The position numbers and the translations under genes were made by a program. Of a stretch of 64,000 bases of DNA, positions 11,378-23,768 are shown in pieces. A model generated the notes under the pieces. It did not search any database. It saw only the letters and a list, made by a program, of their open reading frames with translations, and was not told where the DNA came from. This stretch comes from Podarcis melisellensis (taxonomy: Eukaryota), in the NCBI GenBank assembly GCA_964234715.1, contig OZ174277.1. The stretch is one strand, 5' to 3'. Numbering within the stretch: the first letter of the stretch is position 1; the number at the start of each line of letters is the position of its first letter.

Positions 11378-12096
11378 GGTTTCGAAGGTGGGAGGAGTTC
11401 TGACTGTTCCTCTGTGTCTTTGAGGGAGAAGGACACGTTTTTGCTATGGCTGAGAGAAGCCCAGGATTGTTTTGCTGAAATGTCGCAATAAAGAACTGTT
11501 TAATGGACACAAGTGCTTGCTGTGTTTATCTGAAGCTAGGCGACAGCTTTTACCGCTGTGTTTACTCTGCAAGGCGTGACTGGACGGAGCAGAATTGCCG
11601 CAGCTTGTGAGGAAGCGTGCCGGACCGCTGTAAATGGCTAATTGGAGATCGTAAAGCAATTAGCAGGTCACGCCCTAATCAATAAATCTTGACATCCCTC
11701 ACTGGTAAACTATAAAATATTCTGCTAGTTGCAGTGGGAAAAGAAGGGAGGTCCATCTTTCATTTATTAAATGAGAACATCTTAAGATTCCTTGGATGTT
11801 CTAGTAAAAGGCTTATTTATGAGCACACAACCCCGGAGTCATCCGCGACTGGACCTAACAGTCAAGGGTACCTTTACCTTTCCTGTTTAGGAACAACACA
11901 GTTTTGGTGTATCTCTGTAATTTCATATCAGGGCTCCCCCCCCCAACTGGAACAGGCTGGAATGGTGTCCCAGTCCCTCACAGCTGGGACCCAAAGGTGG
12001 GGGGGGGGAGAGACCTGACCAGCCTCAGCAAAGCCCTGCTGCGCCTCTGGCTCACAAGGAGTCCCTCCCTGGATCCCCAAGGGATATCCTCTACAG

Positions 12097-12232
12097 CGGG
12101 CTTCCTCAAACTCGGCCCTCCAGATGTTTTTGGCCTACAACTCCCATGATCCCTGGCTAGCAGGACCAGTGGTCAGGGATGATGGGAACTGTAGTCTCAA
12201 AACATCTGGAGGGCCGAGTTTGAGGAAGCCTG
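12097..12232. mobile_element. Palindromic hAT MITE
   Basis: Long TIRs c(g/a)ggcttcctcaaactcggccctccagatgtttt; degenerate 8-bp TSD ctctacag/ctctattg. Confidence 0.85.
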
Positions 12233-12630
12233 CTCTATTGGCTCTGGAGAGGGTCTCCTTGAGAGTTGGCGGTTGCAGCAGGGCTTTGCTAAGGCTCTTC
12301 AACCTCCCAGCCAGCAGCTGACGCATAGGAAAACTGCACCTCATCTTAGCAAGCCCCAACGCTGCTCTGGCTCATACGAGCCTGAGAGGCAGCGGGGGGG
12401 CTCATTAAGCTGCTCACCACAGGTTGTTTTCAGTGAGAGGGAAAATGTAAAATATTATTGAAAGCTGAAAAACTGACTCTGCCTTCATTTCTACCCTGTC
12501 AGCTGGATAAGGTAGTAGAAATGCCTTTGCATTGCTGCAAGCCACCCTGATATCTGAGCAGTGCAAGATTCAAGGGCTTCCAGGTGCTAGCCCAGGGTTT
12601 GGTTTCCTTGGAATGAGGGACAGAGGAGAC

Positions 12631-13219
12631 TGTGGTGGCTTTATAACATATGGTTTATGTACACATATATGCAACCTGAACCTCTGATGGATGGGCTCAC
12701 GGCATTTACACCCCAGAAGGTCTTGTTTCTCCTATAGCCTCAGCCTTGGATTCAAACAGAAATCAAGAAAGTCTCTAACACTCAGGCTTCTTCCTGCTTC
12801 TAGGTCAGCTGTTTCTCACACAACTCTGGCCTTTGTCCTTCTCACTACCAGCTAGGTGAAGGAGAGGACCCAGCCATTTGCCCTCTGCCACACAGTAGCT
12901 TCTTTTTCTTATACTTAACAACCATGGCTTTATTTTCAGTCAGAACTCACCGGTGCATTCTGGTATCTCTGTATATGCCACTAAATATGCATTCTGGTAT
13001 CTCTAAATAAAGTTCAACAACTGAAGGGTGTCACTCACAAAAAAGTAGGAGTCCCTGCACCTCTTTTTCTAGAAAAGAAATACTGCAAAGGTCCCATATT
13101 TTGGGCCACTAGCAAGAGGCTGGCCTGGCTATTCCAACAATTAAATCCTTGCTGGATACAGGAATTAGTAGGGACTCAGGCATACAGCTTAACCCTGCCC
13201 CACCCCCAACCTCACAACA
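12631..13219. mobile_element. Possible old solo LTR with nested MITE (12924-13086)
   Basis: TG...CA ends (tgtggtgg / tcacaaca); no clean TSD. Confidence 0.3.
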
Positions 13220-13364
13220 GTATCCCTTCTCCACTTCTGGAGTCCACTGTTACTTCTATAAGTAGGCCTGTGACAAATTCATTGGAATTTACTCAAAGCC
13301 TATATCTCTACCTGTTAGGTCTCTTATATTCAGCTGAATTCTAAACCATTCTACTTATTACAGA

Positions 13365-13711
13365 GCAGAAACAGATTCATAACTTTTAAAATGTGGGTTT
13401 TGCAGTTCCCAAAGCAACATGCGATAAAGTTTGCAAAAGATGTGTACATTAGAATAAAGTGTGCATAAGAATGCATATATCAGTGGGAATAAACACGCAC
13501 AAATATATGAGGGGAAGCTGCCTGCAAAAATACATATAGCAGGCAAAATTGCATACTGAAATGTGAATATGAGGAAAATATGTACACCGAAATGCCAGAT
13601 CTTTGCGAGGAGTTTGTGTGTGTGTGGTTACAGCTGAAAAAATGTAGAGAATTTAAGAATGGAAAATTAGAAACTGAGGGAAACTGAAATGAGGCAATTC
13701 ATCTATCCCTA
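13365..13711. mobile_element. Degenerate DNA element with TAGGGATG-type (hAT/Ac-like) end
   Basis: Ends catctatcccta; AT-rich tgcat-rich body shared with 30600-31419, 41110-41388 and 61770-62035. Confidence 0.45.
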
Positions 13712-15760
13712 TTTAGAATTAAAGAAATAACAGCTAACTTCTGCTAGTGACATTACCAAAATAATATGCCGAAATGCCTGCAAGCTCTGTGTGGGGTGGA
13801 AAGAGAAGAGAAGAGAAGAGGAGGAGGAGGGAAGCTGAAAACTTTCTCTCAAAAGCCTCTCTCTAATAATTATTATAGTTTAGGCAGCTAAACAAAGTCA
13901 GCTGCAAAGGGAAATTGTTCAAAATTCTCACAACAGATGTCTTATGAATGCTATAACAGCCTGTTTAATTCTCTTTGTAATGTGATAAATGAGGTATTTT
14001 GGATTAGGAAGCTGATAAGTACATTTTCAATGGCTTTCTAGTCATTTCCTTTATTACTGCAGATAGTTGAAATACAATGAAACCATGGAAATACCCAGGG
14101 CTATTCTTTGCACTGGAAAGTCATTTTCTCTATATAAGATAAAAAGTCCTACATATACAGATGAAAAACAGATTCAGTAAGAATTTCTTTAGCTGAAAGC
14201 TGTTCTAAAGAACAGAATGCAAACGCATCAACAGGCAAACAGTTGTTTGTGAAGAGAGGATTTCACAAATAAGTATGTGTGCATTTTGTTTTTTGTTTCA
14301 CATAATTCAGTTTGAAAAGCTATTACACTGCAGTGGAGAGAAGGGATGCCGGGCTGGTTCCATTGGCTTTGCAGAAAAGTTGCTTCCATCAGGCTCCTCC
14401 CTTTGTGAACTTTTGTGAATGACCATCTGCCAGAAAAGAAAAGCAGGGCTGCTCTATTACCTGGCTAAGAAACCAGATTTTCTCAACCGTCATTCAGCAC
14501 CCACCATTCCATTAGGAAGAGCTGGCACAAGACATGGACTCCCTCTCTCCCACATCTATGCCTTGCTCCTTCCACAGAGCAAGATATTTGGGGAAAAGTG
14601 GTTTAGGAAAGTGCCTGTGTGGCAACCCCTTTTCCAAGACTTTCTTGTTAAAGGTATGCATTGGCTTTGTGCAGGGGATGAATAAAAAGGTGAACTGGAA
14701 GTGATTTAGAATTCTATCAATCCCAATTTGAAGCAGGATGTCAATAAACCCATTTGAGTTGGAACAGGCACCTCACAAAGCCTCATAACACTCTGTTGCT
14801 GTTTCTGTACTTCTGTTTCTCTGTATCTCTGTTTCCCTAGATCCAATAAATCTAGGGGGTGCTGAAAAAGTTCCCTGTGGAGCAGTGAAGAGCTCTGCAT
14901 TTATTTATTTTTTAAAAGCTTAATTTTGTGTATACACACACACACACACACGGGCTAGAGCTCTTCAGAATTTTGAAGGCAGCGTTCCAGACAGCCTCCT
15001 GCTGTTACACATACCATAGGTCTAGAAGGCCTGTCAGAGGACATAGACAAGAACTAGGAAGGCTGATGTGAAGCTATGAAGTTTTTTTTTTAATGCGCAA
15101 GCAAGAATACATGCCACTCAGTGACCTCTTAATAGTTTATAGGAAATAAGAGCAGGATACTGACCCCTTCTCTCTCTGCCACAAAGGGATTATGGAGGAA
15201 AGTGAATATCTTTTATTGCCCCCACAAGAAGCCCCTGGACCTATTTGTCTTCAGTTGGCAGGTTTAGTCCACCCTGTACCTATAAATTTCATCAGTTTGG
15301 GCCAATTAGAGGGAAAAGTTACAGCCATTCTTAGATTCTCACCATAGTGAGTGGGGAACACTGAGTTCTGTTTTATACAAAACAGCTTGGAACCCAAAAC
15401 AAATTATCCATATAACACAAAAAAACCCAACCCCCCTACTACCCTGCACCTTAGAACTGATGAAGTCAACATCAGCACAATACACAAGCAATAATGAAAG
15501 ACCGTCAACAACTAGAAATTAAAAATAAAGAGCCCCTCATATTCTAGCAAATGCCTCGGAGCACAGCAGTCTTAACCTTGTGTTAAACAGATTCATAATG
15601 CTGGTGCCAGGCGGGTTATACTGGGAAGAGCATTCCATAAGGAAGGGGCCAAAATTGAAAAGATCCTCTCCCTGGTCACTTTCTGTAGCTGACGATCCTA
15701 ACAGGAGAGGAACCACTGAAAAGCAATATGCCCCAAGCAACTTGGACAGTCACTCTAGAA

Positions 15761-15873
15761 CAGGCATAGGCAAACTCAGCCCTCCCATAACCCCTAGCTA
15801 ACAGGACCAATGGTCAGGGATGTGGGGAGTTGTAGTCCCAAAACATCTGGAGGGCCGCGTTTGCCTATGCCTG
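15761..15873. mobile_element. Palindromic hAT MITE, internally deleted
   Basis: TIR caggcataggcaaac / gtttgcctatgcctg; TSD ctctagaa/ttctagaa. Confidence 0.85.
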
Positions 15874-18180
15874 TTCTAGAAGGATGCCATGTTTGTGTTG
15901 AAAGCTGCTGAGAGATCAGTGAAAGCCAATAGGCTTTCTCCTTCTCTGACCTGATGCATACAAGGCAGCTGCTTCATTGTGGTGTCCAACTCATTGCTTT
16001 TTCTAAAGATCAGAATCCCTACCCTATAACCATTTGGGCTAAGCAATCTGCCTAAAGCAATATACTATTAGAATCCTAATCATGTTTACTTGGGGTGTAA
16101 ATCCCATTGATTTCTTTTGAACTGACAGATCACTGAAATCAGAGCAATTTATTTGCAGGTTAATGTGTTCAGGCTCCAAGTGCCCAGTGTTTGCTAAATC
16201 TCCTGCCAGCTCTCCTAGCTGCCTATTAGATTGTCTTCCCATGCAGCTTCCCACATTTCATTGAAAGCTTTTACAATGGCTCAGAAATGATAAGAACATC
16301 ATGTCAGTGACTGAGTTATTGAAATGTCAATCCTGTTCTTTGGGGTCCAGCAAAGTGACAAAATTGCTTGGTGCTATTTATCTGTGCTTTGCCTGATTTA
16401 TCTGTGCATGTCTCCCATCATGAAGCATCTGCATATTTTTCAGTGCTTCTCAGCGCTTTTTAAATAATTCTCCATCAAGGTGGAAGAGTGGGAGGCCGAA
16501 GAAAGAGGCTGGTAAAGCAGTTTGATTGATGTCCTCCCTCCATCTAGGATTTTTAAATGGATGTAGATTCCTGGTTAAGGTTCTTTACAATTCTACAGTT
16601 AAATAATCAACCTTCTAAGATAATAAATAAGCAAATAAAACGATGGCATAGCACAAGCATTTATCTGGGTCTTCCTTGTTCAGTTTACTAATGAAATCTG
16701 CCCTCTTTCAGTTATTGTAGTCCATGTCAGAAAAGAGAGAATTATTACAATAGAATACAATAAGGGACCTGAAAATGGTCAGAATTGTCCATTTCTCTAC
16801 ATTTAGGTTAAAAATACTCCCAACCTGTCCCTAACTGGTTAATCAACATTAAAAGCATCAATTTTTCAAACTGATTGACCTGCGTGAAGAGGTATCAATG
16901 TTCCAAGTGCCTTGCATAACTTAAATAACATTCAAGATGGGATATCAGCGAGCAAAGGAGGACCCAAAAGCTTGCAGAAATACAAAACAAACAAACACAG
17001 GAACAGAAAAACACCAAAAACAGTCCAATGAGGACTGAACATGCCTGGTGGGTAAGGAATGCTGACTGACCACTCATAAAATATGGAAACCAAAGGGGGA
17101 AGAGGGACAGAGTGGAGCATCCTGGGAAAGGGTGTGGCTAGAAGCCTGAAGAGGAGTGTTTTGCACTGTACCATTTGGTGGCGATCTCAGTTCAATGATC
17201 GAGCTAAAGTAGAGGTCTCGAGACATCAAGGAGCACAAGCATTAGCTACAAGGGGGTTTGTGGAGACTATAGGGAGTGTATTTTGTAAGTTGGGAATGAT
17301 TACATGTTCCCCACTGCAAGAACACATTTTCCCTCTTTCTAATTGCTGCAAGAAACGACTTGCTTTTTTGAATTCACAGCATGCATTTTACAGAAAATGC
17401 CATTTTCCAGCACTAACAGGATGAAATTAGGCAGCTATTATCATAGAAACAAGTTAAACCACACTCCTCCAAGTAAATGCTGTCACTTACCATTGTTGGA
17501 ATGAACGATGGAGAAGGATGCATTAATCATTGTTCATCGTTACACAGTTGAAACATAGAGAAAAACCAATTTAGGCCAGAGATTTTTCCAGTATCAAACA
17601 TGGCAAAAACTATAAAACAGCATCTGATTTTCTTCTTCTTCAAAACAAAAGAAAAAGAAATATGTGAAGTACATACACTTTGTTTTTTAAAAAATCAAAC
17701 AGATCTCCATGTTTGAGTCAGTCCCTGTGATTTTTTAAAACAGGAGAAATACTCGATTTCTCTATACAAAAAGCGTACAGAACATCAGTATTGTCAGTAA
17801 GTCATTTAAACCAACTTCAGTCCTTGGAAAACAAATTGAAGCTCTTGCCTTTTCCATGCCTCAAATTGCATGTATCAGGGTTGCAATCTTGTTTGGCTGT
17901 TGTGAAAGGGGGGTGAGAAGCCGGCTTGCAGTGCTATTTATTGTCTATCATTAGTCTGCAATGGCACAGCATATATAGGCCTGCTCTTTAGACAGAGTGA
18001 GAAAGCCTAAGAAGAAAAAGTTGTGATGGTCCAACCATTTCCCACCCCGCTTGTTGATATAGCAGACGCTTTATGAATAAAACTTCTTCCATGAATGCAG
18101 ACTGCTAGGAACATTTATTGCAGCCACGTGTCCTAATTTACAAGGGACAGCCAAAATTGTAAAGGTAAGTTCAAAGATAA

Positions 18181-18364
18181 AGGACTCAGCTATGCAGCTG
18201 GGGGGAAAACCTTTTTAAATGTGTTTTAAATGTGTTGCAAAGTGCAATATCCAAATGTGACACTAGCTGGCTACAGTGAGCTATGCAAAATTCAATGTAT
18301 TTTTCAAAACGTTTTTTGAAAAAAGCATTTTCACAGCATTTTTAATATGTGTGTAGATTCCACC
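18181..18364 (+). mobile_element. MITE (ggactcagctatgcagctg...gtgtagattccacc), possibly PIF/Harbinger-like
   Basis: Reverse-orientation sibling at about 21130-21229; superfamily is a guess. Confidence 0.5.
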
Positions 18365-20054
18365 AGAGGCTTATCAGAAGGGAGAGAAGGTAACTTGAAA
18401 TAGCCCATCAACAGTTGGTACCTGGACAGCTGACTGATCAGATGCACAGCTCACCTGGTTCCAGTCTTCCTCACTATGATAAGATGCATCTTATTTGTAT
18501 TTGAGTGCTATTACATTTAGATTGTATTAATTTGTTGGGTTAATAGATATACATTAGCATATGAAAATTAGTATTGTTTTTGTTGTTGATGTATTTCATC
18601 TTTTTGAAGACAGGTAAGCAGATTTCCTAGGGCTTATGGACCTAGGACCTTATGGACTTGTGTGTTTCCAAGTATTTATTCAGATATATTTTGGTACAGA
18701 AACCACTTGGTGAAAAGCCCGTCAATTGCAAAGCAAACATTGGGTGTGTGGGTGCGGGTGTGTGGGTGTAATTTACCCTTCTTATGATAGCCTGTCTGTC
18801 CCCTTGAAGTGATAACTCTGGAGGTATGGAGCAGACTTTTTAATCTTACAGAGAAGGCTAACTATTAAATGAAGGGTAGAAAATATTACCAAGTCACCTG
18901 ACTGTGAGATCCCTGTGAACATTGGCCAGAGCTGAAATTAGAGATGAACTGGTGGAGGCAGCTTGCGTGACTAACCTAATGCAGCTATTGAGTTAAAAAT
19001 AATAGGGATCTCATTATAATCTCTGCCCACAGATGAAGAGATTATAGTTTTGTTGTTTACGCTTGTTGTGATGTATAATTTTAATTTATTTTTCTTTGAT
19101 ATGAAAACACTTCTTTGCAGGTTCATTTGCATTTCTGATTAAAATCTAAAGGTTGCATTAAAAATAGAGATGTTGCAAGCATGAAAATGCTATGGTGGTG
19201 TGACTGGTACTTAATGCATAAAGGCTGCAGAGGGATGCATAAGACTGATCCTGCACACCCTCAAGATCCCACTCTGCATCACACATTCCTGTGTCTATAC
19301 TTTTTGCAAATATATTAACAGTACAGCTATAATTGAAAGGTGACAGGGCTGATTCTCAAATATATGTACACACTTTCAAAACTGGAAACATTGAAGCCAA
19401 GAAGTATTGCCTTCTTTTGTGTTTATCAGCCCATTTGTCTTTGCCAACGATGCCTGTCCTTTCTTTATCACAAGAAGAGAAATCTTTCCGAAACTTGGTT
19501 TCAGTCAGCATGGTTATGAACTGATGGTGAGCATCTATTACTGACTCCACACATTGTTGCATCACATCCACTTTGCTAAAAATTATTACCCCTCCCATTC
19601 TGGATGACGGAGAGCTGCTTGTGGCAATTTTATCCCAGTCTTTCAAGTGATGGAAATGAGCCAGTCAGCTTGCAACTGCAGGGCTTCAATTGAAGTAAAG
19701 AGAATGGGCATCACTCAAGAAGATGAGGCTGCATTCAGTTTTGAACTGCCGTATAATTATTACTGCAAACAAGGAACAAATTGAATGCACACAGTTGGAG
19801 CCAAATTGAAGCCCTGGTCATTTGCGGAGCATCAGGAAGGTGCTTTAAATTGAACTGCAATAATGTCCATAAATAGGCTTCAACTGGTAATAAATTTTAA
19901 GTAGGTTCGGTCGTAAGATGTGGAGTCATAGGAGAGAAAGCAAATATCACAGCAAGTAAGTGATTTAGAAATATAGTATTTTAAATAGGTTTGTTAAAAT
20001 ACCAAATTTTGCCGATATGGAGAGTTGCTGGTTTGTTGGCATTTGATGAAATTA

Positions 20055-20288
20055 TAGTGGTACCTCAGGTTACAGACCCTTCAGATTACAAACGCTTCAG
20101 GTTACAGACTCCGCTAACCCAGAAATAGTACCTTGGGTTATGAACTTTGCTTCAGGATGAGAACAGAAATTGGGCGGCGGCGGCAGCGGGAGGCCCCATT
20201 AGCTAAAGTGGTACCTCAGGTTAAGAACAGTTTCAGGTTAAGAATGGACCTCTGGAATGAATTAAGTTTTTAACCTGAAGTACCACTG
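20055..20288. mobile_element. Tigger-like MITE
   Basis: TIR (t/c)agtggtacct...gtaccactg flanked by TA; same family as 5706-6312. Confidence 0.88.
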
Positions 20289-20949
20289 TATTAATATTAT
20301 CTGCCTTCACATAAAAATTCAAACCCTCTCCTCATAGCTCCCTTGCGGGGGGGGGGTCACAGTAAGTGGAGTCAAGGCCCACAAGTGGCCTGCAGGCCTC
20401 CCCCATGTATTGTAAACCTTTTGAGAGTGCTTCAGGAATACTGTCAAAAATATCTAATGCAAGTACCTGCTGAGTTTTCCTGTTGCAAGCTGCTCCAGTC
20501 ATGTTTCTGCAGTTTTGTTAAATGGCCCACAAAACTGACGGCAAGCCACATCTATTAAAACTGGAATATTACACTTAACACTTAATTGCAAAGAAATGAG
20601 ACCCAAGGAAAGGTCATAGATGTTACCTTGCCTGGTAAAGCTTAACAATGATCACAGATGGCTTTTAATAACATTTAAAGTATTTAGCTCATTTAAAAAC
20701 CCATCAAACACAGGAATACGTTTTAACTAATGACTGAAAAACTGTGCAGATTAACAGTTACTCTCCATTTCACCTGCACTTAATTTTCTCAAAGCAAAAT
20801 TCCGAATTTAGGCATGGCTCAGCCAGTCTTTAGAACTTACCCAGTGCAGTAAGTACGGTAACTTGAAACCAGTGCCCAAAGTGAAAGACAAAAGAGTGGG
20901 ATGAAAAGTGGAATGGTTAAGCCATACACAGTTATGGGTTATGGCCTTA

Positions 20950-21125
20950 GGGTACCATATTTGGGACCATTAGAAAATGAATTGGATATTGTAGACCAGA
21001 AAAGGGCAACCAGCAAGATCAAGCAGCTTAAAAAAAACCAAACCCTCTTATGTGGGTAAAGATTATAGCATTTGAAGCTTTTTAGTTCGGAAAAAGGTAA
21101 AAGGGGCATTATAGAAGTTTATATA
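20950..21125 (+). mobile_element. Degenerate CR1 LINE ORF2 fragment
   Basis: cagaaaagggcaacc..gatc and ctttttagtt..gaaaaa..atagaagtttat motifs resembling the CR1 3' coding region. Confidence 0.5.
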
Positions 21126-21129
21126 CTTG

Positions 21130-21229
21130 AATTTTCCATAAGGCTCACCATCGCCATCTAGTGTCACATTGTATATTGCACTTAAAGCACACTTAAAACA
21201 TTTTATTTGCAGCTGTATAGCCGAGTCCA
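21130..21229 (-). mobile_element. Partial MITE of the 18181-18364 family carrying a CTCF-like motif
   Basis: Reverse complement aligns with 18181-18300; its end served as target for the adjacent Sauria SINE. Confidence 0.55.
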
Positions 21230-21230
21230 T

Positions 21231-21588
21231 GAGGGACGCGGGTGGCGCTTGGGTAAAAGTCTCAGCGCCTAGGGCTTGCCGATCGAAAGGTCAGCGGTTC
21301 GAATCCCCGCAGTGGGGTGCGCTCCCGTCATTCGGTCCCAGCGCCTGCCAACCTAGCAGTTCGAAAGCACCCTCGGGTGCAAGTAGATAAATAGGGACCG
21401 CTTTCTAGCGGGAAGGTAAACAGCGTTTCCGTGTGCAGCTCTGGCTCGCCAGACCAGCGATGTCACGCTGGCCACGTGACCCGGAGGTGTCTCCGGACAG
21501 CGCTGGCCCCTGGCCTCTTGAGTGAGATGGGCGCACAACCCCAGAGTCTGGCAAGACTGGCCCGTACGGGCAGGGGTACCTTTACCTT
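21231..21588 (+). mobile_element. Sauria SINE, full length and young
   Basis: 13-bp TSD tagccgagtccat (21218-21230, 21589-21601); A/B boxes; accttt tail; CpGs retained. Confidence 0.93.
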
Positions 21589-21837
21589 TAGCCGAGTCCA
21601 TAGTAAGGTGCTGAATTGTTACTACGCATCTTGGTGGCCTTTTTATTGCAACACACACATACAGCCAGATAACATCAAGTTGTCACTTTCAGTTTTATGA
21701 AATTACTAGGGGCTATGCCCCTGCTTGCTTCTCTCACAAACCCCACTCATTAGACCTCCCCACCCCCTTAGATCTTTCCCTTTCACCTCATGCTGCCACC
21801 GCTGCTCAACAGGTTGTTGAGGTGGCCCAGGCTTCAG

Positions 21838-21977
21838 TCGTGCAGAAAGTTCCAGGTTCAGTCCCTGGCATCGCCGTCAGACTTCTGAAACCCTGGAGAA
21901 TAATTTCCAGTCACTGTGGACAATACTGAGCTAGACAGACTAATATTTTTACTTCATATAAGTCAGCTTCCTGTGTT
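21838..21977 (+). mobile_element. tRNA-derived SINE with CR1-like tail
   Basis: Similar to 7770-7963. Confidence 0.65.
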
Positions 21978-22753
21978 AGGTTGAACTGTGTGGCTGCCTA
22001 CCAGGATGACGCCAATATATTTTCAAATTTGTGCATGCTGGCCCTTGGTTGTCTATTAAAATATTTTACCCTGCCTCTCAGCTCCTCGCATTGCCCCCAA
22101 GGCCCTTAGTATAACTTTTGCACTTCTTTTGAAATGTCAGACACTGGTAAGATATACTAATTAAGGGCTTGTGCTGTGGGTGCTATTCATAAGTATTTCC
22201 TTCCTTTGTGTCATACACAAAGCAATATTGTGTACTGGGCTTGTGCAAAATCCAGGTCTTATTCAGAAAGGGTTGAATTAACTGGAGGAAAACAGTTGCC
22301 TGACTGTGAATTTATTTGTGCATGTTATTAAAGTACCAAACAGGGCAGCCAAGACTATGGAGAAAAGACATTTTGATAAATGAGCTTTTGTTTGTTGTTG
22401 GATTGGTTCCATCAAATTACAGATGTATGAGAAGATAGGAAAACATTTCGAGTTTTGTTGTTTTTATTTTCATAAAGGCAACATGGGAAGGTTTATCCCT
22501 GAATAAAATGCTGTTGAAATAGCTTTTTTTTTATTCTGAGAATGTATACCAAATATTTGGACATGTTCTTTTCTAAAGTTTAATATGAAAAGCAGCAACT
22601 CCTGCAATTTATGATAAACTATTTTTTCACTGCAATTTGAGTTCTCTCAGATGAAGTATATTCTAATGCCAGAAAGACTTGCATGCTTAAAGATCAAGCC
22701 AATGTATGTTTATTATGTAGTCTGTAACTCTTTTTATTGTTCAGTAGGACTTA

Positions 22754-23104
22754 AAGATAAAGGTAAAGGGACCCCTGACTGTTAGGTCCAGTCATGGACG
22801 ACTCTGGGGTTGTGGCACTCATCTTGCTTTACTGGCCAAGGGAGCCAGCATACAGCTTCCGGGTCATGTGGCCAGCATGACTAAGCCGCTCCTGGTAAAC
22901 CAGAGCAGCGCACAGAAATGCTGATAACCTTCCCGCCATAGCGGTACCTATTTATCTACTTGCACTCATGCTTTCGAACTGCTAGGTTGGCAAGAGCAGG
23001 GACCGAGCAACGGGAGCTCACCCGTCGTGGGGATTCGAACCACTGACCTTCTGATCGGCAAGCCCTAGGCTCTGTGGTTTAGACCACAGCGCCACCCACA
23101 TCCC
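22754..23104 (-). mobile_element. Sauria SINE, second subfamily
   Basis: 14-bp TSD ttcagt(a/g)ggactta (22740-22753, 23105-23118); 3' end gggacccctgactgttaggtccagtc differs from the 21231 type. Confidence 0.92.
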
Positions 23105-23339
23105 TTCAGTGGGACTTACTTCTGAGTAAATATGCAGGTGTATGTGTTGCAAGTTGCATAACACTCTCCCTCTCACCTGTAAAAAAACCTGATAGTGACA
23201 AATCTGCATCAGATGATGATGATGATTAAAAATCTAATTTCCATATGTGGCACCTAAGGTTTTACAGAAAATGCAGGTATGTTTTAGGATAGACAATAGA
23301 CTTTCTGGATGCCATACCGAAATGTCTTCCCATTTGCAC

Positions 23340-23598
23340 TAGTTTAGTCATGTCCGACTCTTCATGACCCCATGGACCAGAGCACGCCAGGCACTCCTGT
23401 CTTCCACTGCCTCCTGCAGTTTGGTCAGACTCATCTTTGTAACTTCGAGAACACTATCCAGCCATCTCGTCCTCTGTCGTGCCCTTCACCTTGTGCCCTC
23501 TTTTCCAACATCAGGGTATTTTCCAGGGAGTCTTCTCTTCTCATGAGGTGGCCAAAGTATTGAAACCTCAGCTTCACCATCTGTACTTCCAGTGAGCA
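23340..23598 (-). mobile_element. BovB 3' fragment, diverged
   Basis: Aligns by eye with 49625-49888. Confidence 0.88.
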
Positions 23599-23644
23599 TT
23601 AAGTATAGCATTAAGTACCTGTTAACAGGAAATATACAACAAGT

Positions 23645-23768
23645 AAGGGCTATTGCCTTTATACCACATTTGCTATGATCCCCATAGCTTCTGGTTGGCC
23701 AGTAATGAAAACAGGATACTGGGCTAAATATGCCTTCATCCTATCTAGCATGGCTTTTCTTATGTTCT
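23645..23768 (+). mobile_element. CR1 3'UTR fragment
   Basis: ctggttggcc..gaaaacaggat.ctgg..tcttatgttct tail; siblings at 46585-46710 and 60105-60326. Confidence 0.6.

Noticed and set aside
14836-14858. 8-bp stem enclosing AATAAA
   Set aside because: Short stems of this size are expected by chance in 64 kb; no transcript context
17485-17545. Minus-strand ATG/gtaagt donor and small atgaacgatg/cattgttcat hairpin
   Set aside because: Stem only about 10 bp, too short for a pre-miRNA; no supportable exon
18124-18170. 41-nt AG...GTAAGT exon-like segment
   Set aside because: Weak acceptor, no recognisable peptide, adjacent to repeat-derived sequence
19356-19646. 96-aa minus-strand ORF with protein-like composition
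   Set aside because: No recognisable domain, and the nearest strong acceptor upstream leads to stops in all frames
21231-21310. tRNA gene-like A/B boxes (also at the other SINE heads)
   Set aside because: They are SINE heads and do not form a complete cloverleaf
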